Assembly: GCA_002245135.1 (NCBI GenBank)
Contig: NGBS01000004.1
Coordinates: forward strand, 248,001-312,000
Reading direction: 5' to 3'
DNA: 64,000 nucleotides
From: Proteromonas lacertae
Lineage: Eukaryota
Each line of letters begins with the position of its first letter. Within the stretch, counting starts at the first letter, position 1. The notes beneath the pieces were generated by a model that ran no database searches, was not told where the DNA came from, and saw nothing but the letters and a program-made list of their open reading frames with translations. Positions 61,448 to 64,000 of the stretch are shown one piece after another. A program made the position numbers and the translations under genes.

Positions 61448-62512
61448 ATATATCCATTTGTTGAGATTCTTCTGGTAGTTGTAATTGTTGTAGGTGTAGT
61501 TGTTGTTGTAGGTGTAGTTTTAGTTGTAGTAGTTGTTGTGGTTGCAGTAGTAGTTGCAGTTGTTGTTGTAATTGTAGTTTTAGTTGTAGTAGTAGTTGTG
61601 GTTGTATGTTGATATTTGTATGTCATCACCAATACTAACATATGGGAAAACTATTTTTTGGTTGATTTTACACACTTCTATTATTTCATTGCCTTGTTTA
61701 ATGTACATTATCTTCCCATTCATATCGTATATTACTTCATGCACTTTTCCTTCCATACCAAATATTCTTTTTGATTGTTCTATTATTATTCCTTTTTCAT
61801 CTATCTTCTGAAATGAATGTTTTAACAACTTTATACATGGATATAATCTATTTGATGAATCTGGATTTTTATAATAACCAAAACTAATACCTTCACTACC
61901 AATACTCATTATCTGATAATAGAAATGGTAAATTCCACTTTCCTCTTTCATTTCTTCATTTATCATTAAATACAATATACTTAATTTCATTCTCATAACT
62001 ACCATTACAACTATCAGTTGGAGTATTACTATAACCTCTCTTCTTATATCTTTTTATCATAGGTAATGGAAGATTCCAACAACTTAAATATTTAACTGAA
62101 CCATTTCTAGCACCAATATATGGGTAAACTGGTGTTGAACTGATTTTAAATACAGCTATTTCTGTTTTATTCCTGTTTTTGCAAACATGTTTGATATTCC
62201 ACTTTCTATTTTCAATTTCTCTTTACTAAATAACTCCCCATGATCTCTATTCAACGTTATATAACAATCATTCTCACTAATTGAATTATTTCTGTCACAA
62301 TAACCAAACTTAATACAATCATTAAAACTCTCTATTTGGAATTTAAAATTATGAATTCTATTCTCCATCCTCTCTGATATTATGCTATTATCTGTCGCAA
62401 CTTCATTGAGCTTCAAATTTCTAAAATCTATATGAAATTTTGATGATTCTTTATCACCTTCTTCACACAAACTAAACAATGGGTAAATTGACTTTGGTGA
62501 TATATTTAACAC
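59966..62512 (-). pseudogene. Fragmented Crinkler/RHS-like gene: SPRY-like N-terminal domains, Thr-rich linker, P-loop NTPase, REase-like C-terminus
   Basis: SPRY-like ends IYPLFSL, VYPYIG and VFPYVSI, a poly-Thr tract, GHSKIGKT, and FPDID...FEITVG..H. Several frame breaks. Confidence 0.55.
61474..61610 (-). repeat. (ACN)n trinucleotide tract encoding a mucin-like poly-Thr linker
   Basis: GTT/GTA/GTG repeats on plus, translating to TTTTTTTKTTITTTTATT on minus. Confidence 0.85.
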
Positions 62513-63036
62513 TTATATTTCTTTAAATAAGTTTTTAAATCATAATTGAATATATAGTTTAATATACTTCATAACTATAGCATAATAATTGTAGGAATAA
62601 TAAAATGGAGTAAATCAGCATATCATTCTTCACAATAGTGGATATTATAACCATTATACCATATACATTACTCTGAACAACTCATTTAATAAAAATATCA
62701 CATACATATTACAATCAAAGTATAAGATGAATATTTAAAGTGAATCACATTTACATATACATACACTACTTTACATGTATATTAACTCTATAATTAAATT
62801 ACATATTGAATGAGAATACTCTTTTATAGTTATATCTCTTATTTTCAATAACTTGTCTGTATATTAACCATTAATACATATCTATATAGCATTTATCACA
62901 TATTGAAACACTCAAGCTTTTTAGCGGCTTGATTGTTTTTCTTTATTTTTTTCTTGCTATACCAAATCAACAACAATTAAATGATAAACAATAATATATA
63001 TATGATGATTTTTTTTAAATAATAATAAAATGATGT

Positions 63037-63375
63037 TTATATACCAGAACTCAAGCTATCTCTTGAAGAACCAAATAAATATTTACTTTGTAATGTTTCA
63101 CTACGAGACAATGATGGTGTGATGTGAGTATTACTATCAGATTCAAATGAATCACTTAAACTAACACTATCTCTACTACTTATAGTTTCTGATGATGTGA
63201 GATGTTGGTTATTATCTTCTGAGTCTGGACTGTAAATTGCGTAAAAAGACTCTTTATGAGAAGAAATATCATCGTCACTCAATGGAGAGTCTTCATTCCT
63301 GTGTATACATACGCTTCTTCTATCATCTTTAACACTTTTAATTGTTCTAGGACTGTTATCGTTTGAATAAGACAT
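63037..63375 (-). CDS. Hypothetical Ser/Asp-rich protein (possibly with a further 3' exon)
   Basis: ATG-initiated 112 aa ORF ending at a GTATAT donor-like site. Confidence 0.5.
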   Translation of the reverse strand: MSYSNDNSPRTIKSVKDDRRSVCIHRNEDSPLSDDDISSHKESFYAIYSPDSEDNNQHLTSSETISSRDSVSLSDSFESDSNTHITPSLSRSETLQSKYLFGSSRDSLSSGI

Positions 63376-64000
63376 GAGAAAAAACTAGTTAGGTTGAGTA
63401 TTTGTTTTCTGTTTGACTATTTTACATTCATAACAAACGACATGAAACGGACAAGAATTCTTTAGAAACACATACTTCATACCACTTCCATTAAAAAAAC
63501 ATTTTAGTAAATCTTTAACTCTAGTTACTGTATTTACTCCTTTCCTGATAGTATGGAATATAACTCATCAGCAAATGTCAGTTTATATCATTCATTTAAA
63601 TTATCACTAAATTATTGTTTTTCACTTACAGTTTATCTCTCCTAAGATTAATTATCAGCAAGAAAAAGAATATCGATGTTTTTATTCCATTTCTAAAATT
63701 ATGTAATCAAGTACAAAATGAATTCATCCATATGAATGAATAACAACATATCTGATATGAATAAACAACATTTAAATTTTGAAAACTCAAGCTTTTATGT
63801 GGCTTGATTTATCTCTTCACGATTTCTCTTCACTTTAACAGTTTATAAACCCAACATACAACAGGTTATATAATAATAAATGAATTAATAAGGTTTTAAA
63901 GTTTTTTTTACTCTTAGTCCGATTAATCAGAATCATCAATCAAGGCGCCAAATAAAAAATCACTTTGTTCTGTTTCGCTACGATGTAAAGATGGTCTGGG

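Noticed and set aside
61430..61612. Poly-Val ORF on plus
   Set aside because: Antisense shadow of the poly-Thr linker.

Overview
Very AT-rich, gene-dense eukaryotic nuclear DNA with many short (mostly ~30-50 nt) spliceosomal introns. The compactness, tiny introns, U12-type introns and mitochondrial HslV suggest a Blastocystis-like stramenopile (inference only). Bases 1-26.7 kb are housekeeping or signalling genes: NECAP, a Venus-flytrap/7TM/RGS receptor, tRNA-Ser(CGA), PAP2, cis-prenyltransferase, ZRSR2, two inverted copines, EGF and F5/8 proteins, PPCS, an RCC1-ZnF-PGP-repeat protein, RPL12, DnaJ, HslV and Med20. At least six minor-spliceosome introns (AT-AC and AT-AA) can be read here, plus a candidate intronic C/D snoRNA. 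Bases ~26.7-61.4 kb form an accessory island bounded by a 1.63-kb direct repeat of a Crinkler/RHS-type NTPase-REase gene. The island holds a packed, intron-poor cluster of glycan-building and glycan-decorating enzymes (fucosyltransferase-like, GT61, GT92, GT-A, DUF1647, LicD, FkbM and other methyltransferases, UDP-sugar pyrophosphorylase). It also contains a near-perfect 9.26-kb inverted duplication, two IS630/Tc1 transposase relics, a foldback MITE-like element and GC-richer decayed inserts. Scattered single-base indels, mostly in homopolymers, look like assembly errors.
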